A stretch of DNA of 32,583 bases. It comes from Candidatus Methylomirabilia bacterium. GTDB lineage: Bacteria; Methylomirabilota; Methylomirabilia; Rokubacteriales; CSP1-6. Numbering within the stretch: the first letter of the stretch is position 1; each line of letters opens with the position of its first letter. The notes under the pieces were generated by a model. The model was not told the origin of the DNA. It did not search any database and worked only from the letters and a program-made list of their open reading frames with translations. Location of the stretch: NCBI GenBank assembly GCA_041492755.1, contig JBGPXN010000039.1, positions 1-32,583 of the forward strand, written 5' to 3'. The position numbers were made by a program, and so were the translations under genes. This document shows positions 12,506 through 23,423 of the stretch, in pieces.

Positions 12506-12985
12506 CTAGGTCTGGGTGGCGGTGGACGGCTTTTCGAGCAGGCGCAAGGCGAGGAGCGCCACGCCGATCGTGATGGCGGAGTCCGCCACGTTGAACGCCG
12601 GCCAATGATACTTGCCCACGTAGAAGTCGACGAAGTCCACCACCGCGCCGAAGCGCGCGCGGTCGATCAAATTGCCGACGGCGCCGCCGAAGATGCACCC
12701 GACGGCGAGGTGCGCCACGCGCCCGCCGGTGGGGGGCAGGCGCAGCGCGATGCGCGCGAGGATCAAGAGCGCCGCGACGGAGAGCCCGGCCACCACCCAG
12801 CGCCAGGCCGTCGGCAGCCCGCCGAGCAGGCCGAAGGCGAGGCCCGGGTTCATCACGAGAGTGAGGGCGAGCAGACCGTCGATGACGTCGACCGGAATGC
12901 CGGGCATCAGCCGGCTCAGCGCCACCGCCTTCGTGAGCTGATCGAGCGCGACGACGCCGGCGGCAAGGGCCACCACGGCGGCCAT
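12506..12985 (-). CDS. lspA: Lipoprotein signal peptidase II
   Basis: LDQLTK, NPGLAFG, GNLIDR, VVDF and FNVADSAI motifs. True start is ATG 12985; the longer ORF-track call overlaps ileS. Confidence 0.95.
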   Translation of the reverse strand: MAAVVALAAGVVALDQLTKAVALSRLMPGIPVDVIDGLLALTLVMNPGLAFGLLGGLPTAWRWVVAGLSVAALLILARIALRLPPTGGRVAHLAVGCIFGGAVGNLIDRARFGAVVDFVDFYVGKYHWPAFNVADSAITIGVALLALRLLEKPSTATQT

Positions 12986-12995
12986 CCGCGGCCGA

Positions 12996-15803
12996 TCAGC
13001 CGGCGCCGGCAATGACGGCGACGCAGCGCTCGCAGAGGTCGGGGTGTCTGGCCTCAGCGCCGACGTCCTCGCGCCACAGCCAGCACCGCTGGCACTTCCG
13101 CCCCGACGCCCGCTCGACGTCGACCACGAGTCCCGGGATCTCCTGGCTCTCGTAGTGCACGACACCGGCGGCCCCGCCCCCGAGCGAGACCTGGGAGACG
13201 ATGAAGAGCGTCGGCAGCAACTCGCGCTTGCCCCCGAGCAGCGCCGGCAAGTCCTCGGGCGCTTGCGCGATCCGCACCGCCGCTTCGAGCCCGCTCCCGA
13301 TGAGCTTTCGCGCCCGGGCCAGCTCGAGCGCCTTCGCGACTTCGCGTCGCACCTCGAGCAGCCGGTCCCACTCGCGCTTGAGGGTGTCGTCCACCCATTC
13401 GAGCGGCACTTCGGGGAAGCGCTCGAGGTGCACGCTGTCACCGTGCGCGCCCGGCACGTAGCGCCACGCTTCCTCCGCCGTGAACGTAAGGATCGGCGCC
13501 AGGAGGCGGGCGAGCGCGCTGAACACGTCGGAGCAGGCCGTCTGCGCGGCCCGGCGGCGTGGAGCATCCGGCGCCGAGGTGTACAGGCGGTCTTTGATGA
13601 CGTCGAGATAGAGCGCGGACAGGTCCACCGCGCAGAAGTTGTGCACGGAGTGAAAGACCGTGTGGAACTGGTACTCTTCGTACGCGCGGGTCACCCGATC
13701 CACGAGCCGGGCGAGGCGATCGAGGACGAAGCGGTCGATTTCCTCCAGTCGCGCATAGGACTGACGGTGCCGCGTCGGATCGAAGTCGTAGAGGTTGCCG
13801 AGCAGGAACCGGAACGTGTTGCGGACCCGCCGGTACGCGTCGGCCAACCGATCGAGGATCTCCCACGAGACGCGGATGTCCTCGGTGTAGTCCTCGGCCG
13901 CGACCCACAGACGCAGCACCTCGGCCCCGTACTTCGGGAGCAGGTCGTCGAGCGAGATCACGTTACCGAGCGACTTGGACATCTTGCGGCCTTCGCCGTC
14001 GACGAAGAAGCCGTGGGTCAGCACGCTGCGGTACGGCGGCTTTCCGCGCGTGCCCATCGACTCCAGCAGCGAGGAATGGAACCAGCCACGGTGCTGGTCC
14101 GAGCCCTCGAGGTACATGTCGGCGGGCCGGCGCAGCTCCGGCCGCATCTCGAGCACGGCGGCGTGGCTGCAGCCGGAGTCGAACCAGACGTCGAGGGTGT
14201 CGGTCCCCCGACGGAACGTGGTCCCTCCGCAGCGGGCGCACCGCGTGCCCGGAGGGAGCAGCTCGGCCTCGGGGTGGAGGTACCACTCCTCGATCCCGCG
14301 CCCCTCGCCGAAGATCCGCGCCACGTGCTCGATGACCCGCTCTTCGAGCAGAAGGGCCTCGCAGCCCGCACAGTAGAAGGCGACGATGGGCACGCCCCAC
14401 ACGCGCTGGCGCGACAGCGTCCAGTCCGGACGGGTGGCGATCATGTTGTAGATGCGTTCCTCGCCCCACGGCGGGATCCACTTCACGTCGCGCCGGATCG
14501 CTTCGAGGGTGCGGGTGCGGAGATCGTGCCTGTCCATCGCGACGAACCATTGCTCGGTCGCGCGGAACAGCGTCGGATTCTTGCAGCGCCAGCAGTGCGG
14601 ATACGTGTGCTCCAGCGGCGCTTCGGCCACCAGCGCGCCGATGGTCTTGAGGTGCGCGACGATCCGGGGGTTGGCGTCCCACACCGTGAGTCCCCCGAAA
14701 TGCTCGACCTCGGACACGAAGCGGCCGTCGTCGTCGACGGGGTTGTAGATCCTCAGCCCGTGCCGCCTTCCAAGCTCGTAGTCCTCTTCACCGTGGCCCG
14801 GGGCCACGTGAACGAGCCCAGTGCCAGCGTCCATCGTGACGAAATCCGCGGAATGGACCACGCCAGTCCGGTCGATCCACGGGTGGCGGTAACGCAATCC
14901 TTCGAGCTGAAATGGCTCGAGCTTTCGTACCAGCGACGCGCCCGCCAGCACCCCGGCTTCCTTCAGAGGCGCCATTCTGGCTTCGGCAATGATGAGCGTG
15001 TCCTCGCCCGACTGGAGGGCGACATAGTCCTCGTTCGGGTGGATCGCGACCGCGAGATTCGCCGGGAGCGTCCAGGGCGTCGTCGTCCAGACGACGAGCG
15101 ATTGGTTCGGCGCACTCCCGAGGTCGGGGTGCGGCGCCACCAGCGGGAACTTCACGTACACCGACGGCGTGCGCTGGTCCTCGTACTCGACCTCGGCCTG
15201 GGCGAGGGCCGTCTTGCAGTACATGCACCAGTGGACCGGCTTCAGTCCCTTGTAGACGAGCCCCTGGCCGACCAGGCGGCCGAACTCGCGCACGATGACG
15301 GCTTCGTACTCCGGCGCGATGGTCATGTACGGGTGGCCCCAGTCACCGAACACGCCGAGCCGCTTGAATTCCTCGCGCTGGATGTCGACGAACTGCAACG
15401 CGTACTCGCGGCAGCGCCGGATCTTCTCGATCGGATCCATCGCCTGACGCACGTCGACCGTCGCCGAGTCGAGTCCGAGCGCCTTGTCCACCTGGTGCTC
15501 GATCGGCAACCCGTGACAGTCCCAGCCCGGGACGTAGACGGCGTTGAAACCGAGCATCTGGTGCGACTTCACGATCACGTCCTTGAGCACCTTGTTGAGG
15601 ACGTGGCCCAGGTGGATGTGCCCGTTGGCGTAGGGCGGGCCGTCGTGGAGGATCCACAGCGGGCGGTCGGCCGCCGCCGCCCGCAGCCGCTTGTAGATGT
15701 CGATGCCTTCCCACCAGGCGAGCATCTGGGGCTCGCTCTGGATGAGGTTGGCCTTCATCGGGAACGCCGTTTTCGGCAGATTTAGCGTGGCCTTGTAGTC
15801 CAT
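12996..15803 (-). CDS. ileS: Isoleucyl-tRNA synthetase (type 1, C-terminal Zn finger)
   Basis: MDYKATLNLP, HDGPPYANG..HLGH, WTTTPWTLP, EGSDQHRGWF, KMSKS and CQRCW...CERC. Confidence 0.98.
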   Translation of the reverse strand: MDYKATLNLPKTAFPMKANLIQSEPQMLAWWEGIDIYKRLRAAAADRPLWILHDGPPYANGHIHLGHVLNKVLKDVIVKSHQMLGFNAVYVPGWDCHGLPIEHQVDKALGLDSATVDVRQAMDPIEKIRRCREYALQFVDIQREEFKRLGVFGDWGHPYMTIAPEYEAVIVREFGRLVGQGLVYKGLKPVHWCMYCKTALAQAEVEYEDQRTPSVYVKFPLVAPHPDLGSAPNQSLVVWTTTPWTLPANLAVAIHPNEDYVALQSGEDTLIIAEARMAPLKEAGVLAGASLVRKLEPFQLEGLRYRHPWIDRTGVVHSADFVTMDAGTGLVHVAPGHGEEDYELGRRHGLRIYNPVDDDGRFVSEVEHFGGLTVWDANPRIVAHLKTIGALVAEAPLEHTYPHCWRCKNPTLFRATEQWFVAMDRHDLRTRTLEAIRRDVKWIPPWGEERIYNMIATRPDWTLSRQRVWGVPIVAFYCAGCEALLLEERVIEHVARIFGEGRGIEEWYLHPEAELLPPGTRCARCGGTTFRRGTDTLDVWFDSGCSHAAVLEMRPELRRPADMYLEGSDQHRGWFHSSLLESMGTRGKPPYRSVLTHGFFVDGEGRKMSKSLGNVISLDDLLPKYGAEVLRLWVAAEDYTEDIRVSWEILDRLADAYRRVRNTFRFLLGNLYDFDPTRHRQSYARLEEIDRFVLDRLARLVDRVTRAYEEYQFHTVFHSVHNFCAVDLSALYLDVIKDRLYTSAPDAPRRRAAQTACSDVFSALARLLAPILTFTAEEAWRYVPGAHGDSVHLERFPEVPLEWVDDTLKREWDRLLEVRREVAKALELARARKLIGSGLEAAVRIAQAPEDLPALLGGKRELLPTLFIVSQVSLGGGAAGVVHYESQEIPGLVVDVERASGRKCQRCWLWREDVGAEARHPDLCERCVAVIAGAG

Positions 15804-15855
15804 GATCGGGAGGGTCATCGTATCATGGCCACCGGGGGGGCGGCCCGAAGCGGCG

Positions 15856-16473
15856 CTACTTCGGCGTGAGGGTGACGACGCCGCGCGCGGAGTCGATGTT
15901 CAGGACGAACCGATCCAGGAAATCGCGCCCGAGCAGGCCGTCGCCTTGCACGTTCGGCATCTCGTAGGCTGCCACTGGGATTCGCCCCACTCGGGCGTCC
16001 CCGATCTCCAGCGAATCGACCACGACGTACTGGACCTGGTCGGTGCCCGTCACCCCCGCCATCTGACCGGTGGCGATGGGCCGGGTCAGCCCGACGCCTG
16101 CCGCAGCGAGGGCACGCGGACTGATCAGGGTGCGGTCGGCGCCGGTATCGAGCAGCAGTCGGGCCGCGGCACTCCGGTTGATGCGCACGTCGACCATGAT
16201 CGGCTGTCCTGGGGTGTAGCGGATGGTGGCCCCGCCCGACGAGCCCGCGGACGGGCCCGCGGCCGTCGTGGGCGCCGGATCGGCTGGTTTGTTGCGAAGA
16301 CCGAGCGGAACCGCATTGTTGCGGAAACGCTCCGGGATGTTGTCGAGCCCTTCGGTGTAGTACGAGTTGCCGCGCTCGTCGGTCCACTTGAACATCTGGG
16401 CGCTCACCGGCGCCACGGCGACGAGAGTGGCCATCGCCGAACCCATGAGCCATCGAGCCCACGCACGGCGCAT
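15856..16473 (-). CDS. Secreted retropepsin-like aspartyl protease with N-terminal DUF4124-like domain
   Basis: Signal peptide, MFKWTDERGNSYYT, P/A-rich linker, catalytic LLDTGA and GLLGRDFL. Confidence 0.85.
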   Translation of the reverse strand: MRRAWARWLMGSAMATLVAVAPVSAQMFKWTDERGNSYYTEGLDNIPERFRNNAVPLGLRNKPADPAPTTAAGPSAGSSGGATIRYTPGQPIMVDVRINRSAAARLLLDTGADRTLISPRALAAAGVGLTRPIATGQMAGVTGTDQVQYVVVDSLEIGDARVGRIPVAAYEMPNVQGDGLLGRDFLDRFVLNIDSARGVVTLTPK

Positions 16474-16482
16474 CGCAAGAAA

Positions 16483-17955
16483 TCATAGCGCACAGCGCAC
16501 CATTCGATAGACAACCATTTCGTCGGCGCCGGCGACCTCGTTTCGCGGGAGACGCACCCGGTAGATGGGTTCGAGGACGTCCCGCCGCGCCGTCAGGCCG
16601 GGGAACCAGGCCGGGAACACCACGACGTACTCGGGACAGCGCTCTCCGAGATAGCGCATGACGCCCGCCTCGCCGTGCCGGCGGTACGGAATGATCTCGG
16701 GCGTCACCAGGCCCATGAGGTCGATGACCTCACGCCGGGAAAAGTAGGCGATGGCGCCGACGTCGTTCAGCGCCAGCCGCGCCGTGCGCGGCAGCCGCTC
16801 GTCCACCCAGTGGCCGAGGTGCACCTGCATCGCGTTGATGTTCTGCACGGCCCAGGCATAACGGACGGCGGCCGGGGCAAGCGTGAACGGCGCGAGCACA
16901 AGCCACACGACGAGCACCGCGTGGCGGATGCGGCCGGCGCCGGGCCCGACCACCAGCGCGAGCGAGACGAAGGCCAGGGGCAGGAGGTGAATGGAATAGC
17001 GGCCCTCTTGAAACCCGGGCCCGCGGTACGGCGCCAGCAGCGCCATCGCCAGAGGGTGCAGCAGGAGGGCCAGGGCGGGCATGCCGAGGGCACGCCCGCC
17101 GCGCGTCCACGCCGCCACCACGCCCGGCCCAAGCGCGAGCGGCAGGAGCCAGTGCGTCGTCGCGAGCCACGTCACCCATTCCCGGACGAACTGCCACGGT
17201 CGTTCGACCAGCAGCCGCGTCAGCGGCTCCTGCGCTCCGGCCAGGAAGCCGAGGAGGCCACCCTCGACCTTGGCGGAGGCGGTGGCCGGGACGGGCGTGC
17301 CGGTGGTCGCGACGTTGAAGGCCACCGCGGGCCCGACGATCAGCAGCGTACTCAGGACGAACACGCCAACCCGGCGCCCGGCGAGCGGACGCGCGAGCGC
17401 GAGCAACGGCAGGAGTACGATCGCCTCCGGGCGCGCCAGCACCGCGAGGGCGGCGAAGATCGCGGTGGGTGCGGTGCGCGCGCGGGCGTGCGCCAAGAGC
17501 GCGGCGGCAACGAGCAGCGCGGCGAGCGACACTTCCATGCCCGAGAGCGCGCCCCACGCCATCGCGCCCGTCCACGTGAGGCCGACCGCGGCGGCGAGCG
17601 CGGCGGGTGCCGACGCGCCGGCAGCGAGGGCAGCGCGGCGGGTGACGAGGGCGGCCGCGATGGTGGCCGCGACGCCGATGGTCTTCGCGACCACAGCCGA
17701 GGAACCGGCCACCGCGAAGCCGAGGCCGAGCAGCAGCGTCCACAGCGGTGCCGTCGAGCCCGCCACGGGTCGGCCCGGGTTGTACACGAAGCCGAGGCCC
17801 TCGGCGAGGTTGCGCGCGAAGTGGAGATGGATCCAGGAATCGTCGAGCGGGAAGCCGGGGGCGCCGGCGATCCGGCGCTCGGTCAGGACGAAGCCGGCAA
17901 GCGCGAGCGCGGCCGCGACGACGACGACGAGGTCATGGCGCCGTGTTGAGGACAC
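16483..17955 (-). CDS. Polytopic GT-C-type glycosyltransferase-like membrane protein
   Basis: First TM followed by PLDDSWIHLHFARNLAEG.G..YNPG...GSTAPLW, SGMEV, LARPE and a C-terminal DVGAIAYFS...DLMGLVTP domain. Start uncertain (GTG 17955 or ATG 17991). Confidence 0.7.
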   Translation of the reverse strand: MSSTRRHDLVVVVAAALALAGFVLTERRIAGAPGFPLDDSWIHLHFARNLAEGLGFVYNPGRPVAGSTAPLWTLLLGLGFAVAGSSAVVAKTIGVAATIAAALVTRRAALAAGASAPAALAAAVGLTWTGAMAWGALSGMEVSLAALLVAAALLAHARARTAPTAIFAALAVLARPEAIVLLPLLALARPLAGRRVGVFVLSTLLIVGPAVAFNVATTGTPVPATASAKVEGGLLGFLAGAQEPLTRLLVERPWQFVREWVTWLATTHWLLPLALGPGVVAAWTRGGRALGMPALALLLHPLAMALLAPYRGPGFQEGRYSIHLLPLAFVSLALVVGPGAGRIRHAVLVVWLVLAPFTLAPAAVRYAWAVQNINAMQVHLGHWVDERLPRTARLALNDVGAIAYFSRREVIDLMGLVTPEIIPYRRHGEAGVMRYLGERCPEYVVVFPAWFPGLTARRDVLEPIYRVRLPRNEVAGADEMVVYRMVRCAL

Positions 17956-19567
17956 GACCCGGCTCGTCGCGGATGAACGTGTACCCGGCATAGCTCAACG
18001 GACGGCGGCCCACCGGCAGCACGTAGAGATAGCGGCCGTGCGGGATCTCGACTTCCGAGAGGCCGGACGGACGCTCGGTCTGCGGGCTCCAGTGATCCAC
18101 GAACCATACCAGGCGCTTGATCGAGGGAGGCAGCGCGACCTCCGTGCCCGGCGTCCGCACCATCACGGCGGAGGTCCGCGGCGCGTAGAACCCGACGGGC
18201 ATCTCGCCCACCTGCAGCTCGTAGACGGCGTACTCGGGCAGGTAGTACATCGCGTGGCGCATCCAGGGATAGGAGCGCAGATTGCCGAGCTCGGTGACGA
18301 CCGCGGTGTCCTCGGGCGGATATTGCTTGCGGATGGCGTCGACGAACGTGGTGAGCACGGCGTCGTGCTCCCGCAGTGCGGCGGCGGTCCGGCTGAAGAT
18401 CCAGTCGAAGGCGTCGTCGTGCGCCGTTTTCAGCCACGGCGATTGCGCGCGATCGAAGTCGCGCGTGAGCGGACGCGCGTTCACGAAGAAATTGCCGTTG
18501 ACGAGGACGACCAGCACGACGGCCGCCGCCGCCACCGCGGCCTGCAACGGGCGGCGGCCCCCGAACGGCGCCGCTTCGCGGAGCGCGGTGACGAGCACCC
18601 GCGACAGCAGGACGACGAGCGCGGGCAGGAACGTCAGCACGTAGCCGGCCTGGCCGAAGTGCACGAGCGTGTAGACCAGCACCGGGGGAATCGTCCAGCC
18701 GAGGAGGAACCACTCGCGGCGGCCCCAGCCGTGGCGGCGGACGTACCAGGGCACCAACAACGCGGCCAGCGCGAGCGGACCGAGGCCGACGAGGACGGAC
18801 TCGAGCAGATACCGCGACATTCGGAGCGTGACGTCGAGCGGGCCGCCGACGATCGACGTCGGCCTCACCACGGAATCGGCCAGCTCCAGCGAGGCGGCCA
18901 GGTAACGGTCGAGGCCTCCGGTGAGCCAGATCATCGGCGCGAACCAGGCCAGGACGGCAACCGCGAGGATGCCGAGGCCGATGAGGGCGGCCCGGGCACC
19001 CACCCCCACGAGCGCGGAGATCACCCACAGGGGAAAGAGGAGCGCGAGCATCGACTGCCGAAGGCCACCGGCCAGCCCGAGGTAGCCGGCGGCGAGCCAC
19101 GTATCGGTGGCGCTCCCGGTCAGCGCCCGGAACGAGAAGTACGCCACGATGGAGGCGCAGAGCGCCTCACCGGCGTAGGTCAGCCCGACGGAGCCGTAGA
19201 ACCAGAAGAGCGGGCTGACCGCGAGCAGCGTGGCCGCCGACAGCGCGGTGGCCCGGTCGTAGATCGTCCGCGCGACGTAGTAGACGACGAAGGTGGTGAG
19301 GCCGCTGAACGCCACGGCCAGGACCACGTAGGCGGCGGTAGGATCATCGAGCCAGGCGTTGGCGAGGCGGCCGAGCGCGACGTAGAGGATGTACCCGGGC
19401 GGATGCGGCTGGTGCTTGGCGACGTCGTATTCGTGCAGGGCGAGGGCGAACTGCACCGCGTCCCAGTTGTAGAGCATGCGGGCGCGATACGGCAGGCGCG
19501 AGAGGACGGTCAGCAGCGAGAGCACGACCGCACAGACGACGTCCCAGCGGTCGGGCTTGCGGTCCAT
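17933..19567 (-). CDS. DUF2723/ArnT-like GT-C-type membrane glycosyltransferase
   Basis: First TM followed by NWDAVQF...HQPHPPGYILY, AVSPLFWFY, about 11 hydrophobic segments and a soluble C-terminal domain. Confidence 0.7.
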   Translation of the reverse strand: MDRKPDRWDVVCAVVLSLLTVLSRLPYRARMLYNWDAVQFALALHEYDVAKHQPHPPGYILYVALGRLANAWLDDPTAAYVVLAVAFSGLTTFVVYYVARTIYDRATALSAATLLAVSPLFWFYGSVGLTYAGEALCASIVAYFSFRALTGSATDTWLAAGYLGLAGGLRQSMLALLFPLWVISALVGVGARAALIGLGILAVAVLAWFAPMIWLTGGLDRYLAASLELADSVVRPTSIVGGPLDVTLRMSRYLLESVLVGLGPLALAALLVPWYVRRHGWGRREWFLLGWTIPPVLVYTLVHFGQAGYVLTFLPALVVLLSRVLVTALREAAPFGGRRPLQAAVAAAAVVLVVLVNGNFFVNARPLTRDFDRAQSPWLKTAHDDAFDWIFSRTAAALREHDAVLTTFVDAIRKQYPPEDTAVVTELGNLRSYPWMRHAMYYLPEYAVYELQVGEMPVGFYAPRTSAVMVRTPGTEVALPPSIKRLVWFVDHWSPQTERPSGLSEVEIPHGRYLYVLPVGRRPLSYAGYTFIRDEPGRVLNTAP

Positions 19568-19613
19568 GGTGGGCGTGACGAGAGTATACCGCTGGAACGG
19601 GCGCGCGACGGGG

Positions 19614-19805
19614 CTAGGACTTCTTCTCTTCTTCCTTCTTCGCCGCGACGGTCGTGTCCTCGGATTTCACCTCGTTCACGCCCTTCTTGAACTCCTTGAC
19701 GCTCGATCCGAGCGAGCGCGCCAACTCGGGCAGCCGGTTGGCACCGAACAGGATCAGCACGATGACCAGAATGATCAGAAGTTCCTGGTAGCCCAGACCA
19801 AACAT
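19614..19805 (-). CDS. tatA: Twin-arginine translocase TatA/E
   Basis: [26 protein letters not shown]...EFKKG; SD GAGGAGG. Confidence 0.95.
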   Translation of the reverse strand: MFGLGYQELLIILVIVLILFGANRLPELARSLGSSVKEFKKGVNEVKSEDTTVAAKKEEEKKS

Positions 19806-19843
19806 GCGGCCCTCCTCGCGTCGTCCCTCACCTTAGCGCGCAG

Positions 19844-21748
19844 TCACGCCCCCCGCAAGACCCGGCGCTCCCCCACCCGCTGGGTCACGCGGCGGCCGTC
19901 GAAGTACTCCAGGAGCGGGATGGCGTACTTCCGGGAGATGCCGAGCAGGTCCTTGATGTCGGCGGGGCCGATCTCCTTGCGGTCACGGAGGAGGGCCACC
20001 AGCTTGTCCTGGATGCTCTCGAGCGCGCGAGCATGGAAGAAGAGCGACTCCTTCACGCGAACGAGCTTCTTGGCGTCGGTCAGGACCTGGAAGAGCTCGT
20101 GCTCTTCATCGCCGGTGATCCCGGCCCGGGCCAGCGCCTCTTCCGGGCTGGGTGGGGTCGCCTCCATCTTGAGGAATTCCAGCTCGATCACGTCGACGAC
20201 GCGCTGCTGAGCGGGATCGAGTCGCACGGCATGGTCGGCGCGACGCACCTTGTCGCGATCGATCCGCACCACGCCGTCGGCATCGAGCGACGTCAGGAGA
20301 TGGCCGAAGACGCGCTCGTCGGCCGCGCCGGCGCGCCCCCGTAGCTCCTCACGCGACATCCCGGGCCGAAGCGGATGAGCGCGATGGAACTCGTCCAGCA
20401 CGGCGAGCGCCCGGTCCCGCAGCCGATCGTAACTCTCCGGGTGCACGAACCAGTCGCGCTCGACCGCCAGCACGTGTTTGTCCCGCGCCAGCGCGTCGAC
20501 GATCTCGCGCAGCCGCGCGGGGCCGTACGGGACCCGTCCGGCCAGCGCGCCCGTGCGCATGCCGGACAGGCCGGCATGCCGGACGTGCTCTTCGACCACG
20601 GCCTCCGGGCTCCCCGTCTCGAGCAGACCGAGATGGGCGAGCAACGGGGGCGCCTTACGCTTGAAGCGCGGAGGCGCGATGTCGAGCAGGGTGCCGCCGC
20701 CGATGGTGACGACGGGCGAGTAGGAGCGGATTACGAAGCGATCACCCGGCAGCGCCACCACCGGCGCCTCGAGCCGTAGCCGCGTGAAGGTCCGCTCCCC
20801 GGGCTCGAGCTGCTGGCCTTCCAAGAGCAGCACGCGCGCCATGACTTCGCTCGTGCCGACGTGGAAGCGCACGCGATCGCGCGTCTTGAGCGGTCGCGGC
20901 GCGTCGGCGAGAAGCTCCAGGGTGCCGTCCACGAGCGTCGACGGCACCAGGGTTTCCGCGAGACCGACGACGTCGCCGCGGTCGATCGCCACGCGCTCGA
21001 GGTTCTGGAGATTGATGGCCGTGCGCTGGCCGGCGACCGCCTCGGTCACGCCGTGGCCGTGGGTCTGGAGCCCGCGAATCTTCGCCCGGATGCCCTTGGG
21101 ATAGATCTCGACCCGATCGTCGACGGCGAGGCGGCCGGCCAGCAGCGTCCCGGTCACGACGGTCCCGAACCCCTTCACCGTGAACACGCGGTCGGTCGGC
21201 AGCCGCGGGAGCTGGTCGGTCGCGCGCGCCGGAGCGGTGGCGGCGATGCGCCCGAGCGCGGCGCGGAGGTCGTCGAGTCCGGCGCCGGTCTTGGCCGAGA
21301 CCGGGACCACGGGGGCGTTCTCGAGGAACGTTCCCCGCAGGAGCGAGGCCGCGTCGTCCTTCACGAGCTCGAGCCAGTCGGGCTCCACCAGATCGGCCTT
21401 GGTGAGCGCGACGATTCCCCTCCGAATGTGGAGGAGCGCGCAGATGGCCAGATGCTCTCGCGTCTGCGGCATCACGCCTTCGTCGGCCGCGATCACCAGC
21501 AGGGCGAGGTCGATGCCGCCCACACCGGCCAGCATGTTCTTGACGAAGCGTTCGTGGCCGGGAACGTCGACGATCTCGATGGAGAGGCCGTTGGCCTCCT
21601 CGAGGAAAGCGAATCCCAGATCGATGGTGATTCCCCGCGCCTTCTCCTCGGGCAGGCGATCGGTGTCGATCCCCGTGAGGGCCTTGACGAGCGACGTCTT
21701 GCCGTGGTCGATGTGGCCAGCGGTACCGACCACGACGTGGCGGTTCAC
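19844..21748 (-). CDS. selB: Selenocysteine-specific elongation factor
   Basis: [24 protein letters not shown] and the winged-helix C-terminus [13 protein letters not shown]. Confidence 0.97.
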   Translation of the reverse strand: MNRHVVVGTAGHIDHGKTSLVKALTGIDTDRLPEEKARGITIDLGFAFLEEANGLSIEIVDVPGHERFVKNMLAGVGGIDLALLVIAADEGVMPQTREHLAICALLHIRRGIVALTKADLVEPDWLELVKDDAASLLRGTFLENAPVVPVSAKTGAGLDDLRAALGRIAATAPARATDQLPRLPTDRVFTVKGFGTVVTGTLLAGRLAVDDRVEIYPKGIRAKIRGLQTHGHGVTEAVAGQRTAINLQNLERVAIDRGDVVGLAETLVPSTLVDGTLELLADAPRPLKTRDRVRFHVGTSEVMARVLLLEGQQLEPGERTFTRLRLEAPVVALPGDRFVIRSYSPVVTIGGGTLLDIAPPRFKRKAPPLLAHLGLLETGSPEAVVEEHVRHAGLSGMRTGALAGRVPYGPARLREIVDALARDKHVLAVERDWFVHPESYDRLRDRALAVLDEFHRAHPLRPGMSREELRGRAGAADERVFGHLLTSLDADGVVRIDRDKVRRADHAVRLDPAQQRVVDVIELEFLKMEATPPSPEEALARAGITGDEEHELFQVLTDAKKLVRVKESLFFHARALESIQDKLVALLRDRKEIGPADIKDLLGISRKYAIPLLEYFDGRRVTQRVGERRVLRGA

Positions 21749-23148
21749 GCGCCGCTCCCGCGCACGGCGGCGACGACGGCGGCCGCGAGCGCCGCCACCT
21801 GTCCGGGCAACACCGTCCGGCAGTCGAGCAGGAGCGTGTCGTCCGCGATGCGACCGATCACGGCGGGATCGCCGCGCCGGAGCGCCGCGTCGAGCTCGCG
21901 CACTTGCGGCCCCGGCCCGAACGCGACGGCCGCCGTCGGAAGCTCCACGGTCGGCAGCGCCCCGCCGCCGACCTGAGAGACATCGTCGACCACCCGTGCC
22001 GAGAGCGTCTTGGCCACCGGCAGCTCGAGGCGCGCCAGGACACGCCGCGCGCGGGCGCGCACCGACGGCAACGGCTCGGTGAGCATCCGGAGCGTGGGCA
22101 CGGTGTCGCGCGCGGTGCCGGCATCGTAAGCGTAAAGCGTCGCCTCCAGCGCCGCGATGGTCAGCTTGTCGATGCGGAGTGCGCGGTTCAGCGGGTTCTT
22201 CTTGAGCTTAGCCACGATCGCACTCGCGCCGACGAGGATGCCGGCCTGGGGTCCACCGAGGAGCTTGTCGCCGGAGAACGACACGAGGTCGACGCCCGCC
22301 GCCACGACTTCCGGCACCGTCGGCTCGTAGGGAAAGCCGTCGGCGCGGAGATCGATCAGCGAACCGGACCCGAGGTCCTCCATGACCGGAACGCCGCGCT
22401 CGCGGCCCAGATCGACCAGAGCGCGCGACGGCACGTCGGCAGTGAAACCGACGATCCGATAATTCGACGGATGAACCTTCAGGACGAGGGCGGTGGCGGG
22501 GCCGATCGCTTCCGCGTAGTCGCGCAGGTGCGTCCGGTTCGTCGCGCCGACCTCACGGAGCACCGCTCCGCTCCGGCGCATGATGTCAGGAATTCGGAAC
22601 TCGCCGCCGATCTCGATGAGCTCGCCGCGCGACACGATGACTTCCTTGCCGTGGGCCAGCGTCTCGAGGGCCAGCAGCACGGCGGCGGCATTGTTGTTCA
22701 CCACCACCGCATCCTCGGCGCCGGTGAGCCGGCGAAGGAGCGCCGCGACGTGGCTGTAGCGCGAGCCGCGCTCCTTGGTGGCGAGGTCCAGCTCCAGATT
22801 CGAGTAAGCATCGGCCACCAGCCCGACCCGCTCCCGCGCGAGCGGGCTGAGGAGGGCGCGGCCGAGGTTCGTGTGAAGCACCACCCCCGTCGCGTTGATG
22901 ATGGGGCGCAGCGAGAACACCCCCGCCTGCGCGAGCGATTTCGCGACGCGCGCGACGATCGTATCGGCGTTCGCCGGCGTTCGAGATTCTGCCCGCGCCC
23001 GCCGGCGCTCCTCGTCGAGCGCGGCGCGCACGGCCTCGGTCAGCCGGGCGTGAGGGATCGCGTGCGCTTCAGGTCGTTCGGCGAGCAGCCGGAGGACCTG
23101 ATCGACCGAGGGCAAACGGCGGAGCGCGGCGGAAGCATCACCGCTCAC
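21745..23148 (-). CDS. selA: L-seryl-tRNA(Sec) selenium transferase
   Basis: [40 protein letters not shown] and PLP lysine in [12 protein letters not shown]. Start GTG 23148. Confidence 0.96.
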   Translation of the reverse strand: MSGDASAALRRLPSVDQVLRLLAERPEAHAIPHARLTEAVRAALDEERRRARAESRTPANADTIVARVAKSLAQAGVFSLRPIINATGVVLHTNLGRALLSPLARERVGLVADAYSNLELDLATKERGSRYSHVAALLRRLTGAEDAVVVNNNAAAVLLALETLAHGKEVIVSRGELIEIGGEFRIPDIMRRSGAVLREVGATNRTHLRDYAEAIGPATALVLKVHPSNYRIVGFTADVPSRALVDLGRERGVPVMEDLGSGSLIDLRADGFPYEPTVPEVVAAGVDLVSFSGDKLLGGPQAGILVGASAIVAKLKKNPLNRALRIDKLTIAALEATLYAYDAGTARDTVPTLRMLTEPLPSVRARARRVLARLELPVAKTLSARVVDDVSQVGGGALPTVELPTAAVAFGPGPQVRELDAALRRGDPAVIGRIADDTLLLDCRTVLPGQVAALAAAVVAAVRGSGA

Positions 23149-23422
23149 TGAGGTTCGCCTCCACCTTTTCCCGCACGCGGGCGACCACTTCCTGCGCCTC
23201 TCGGCGCCAGGCCCCGGCCGGCCATCGCACGTCCATGGCGCGCCCGGCCCGGCGCACGGCATCTTCCGTGAGCCCGGCCCAGAGCTCCTCGAGATCGGCA
23301 CGAGACAGACGTTGGCCGCGCAGCGCGCGCGTCCACTCCTCCGCGAGCGCCTCGACGAGGCGGTCGCGCTCGGCAGCGAGACGGCGGGCCTTGCGGACGA
23401 GCTCGGCGAGCCGGGGCGCCAT
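23138..23422 (-). CDS. Small helical hypothetical protein (94 aa)
   Basis: ATG 23422 lies just after the upstream TAG, preceded by AAGGAG. Sequence is amphipathic, E/R/W-rich. Fills the gap to selA with an 11-nt overlap. Confidence 0.7.
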   Translation of the reverse strand: MAPRLAELVRKARRLAAERDRLVEALAEEWTRALRGQRLSRADLEELWAGLTEDAVRRAGRAMDVRWPAGAWRREAQEVVARVREKVEANLSER

Positions 23423-23423
23423 C

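Noticed and set aside
15804..15855. T-box leader upstream of ileS
   Set aside because: The gap is about 50 nt and has no T-box sequence.
23138..23140. Sec readthrough of the 94-aa protein (ER-TGA-TGC)
   Set aside because: The extension would run out of frame inside selA and looks non-coding; an ordinary overlapping stop explains it.
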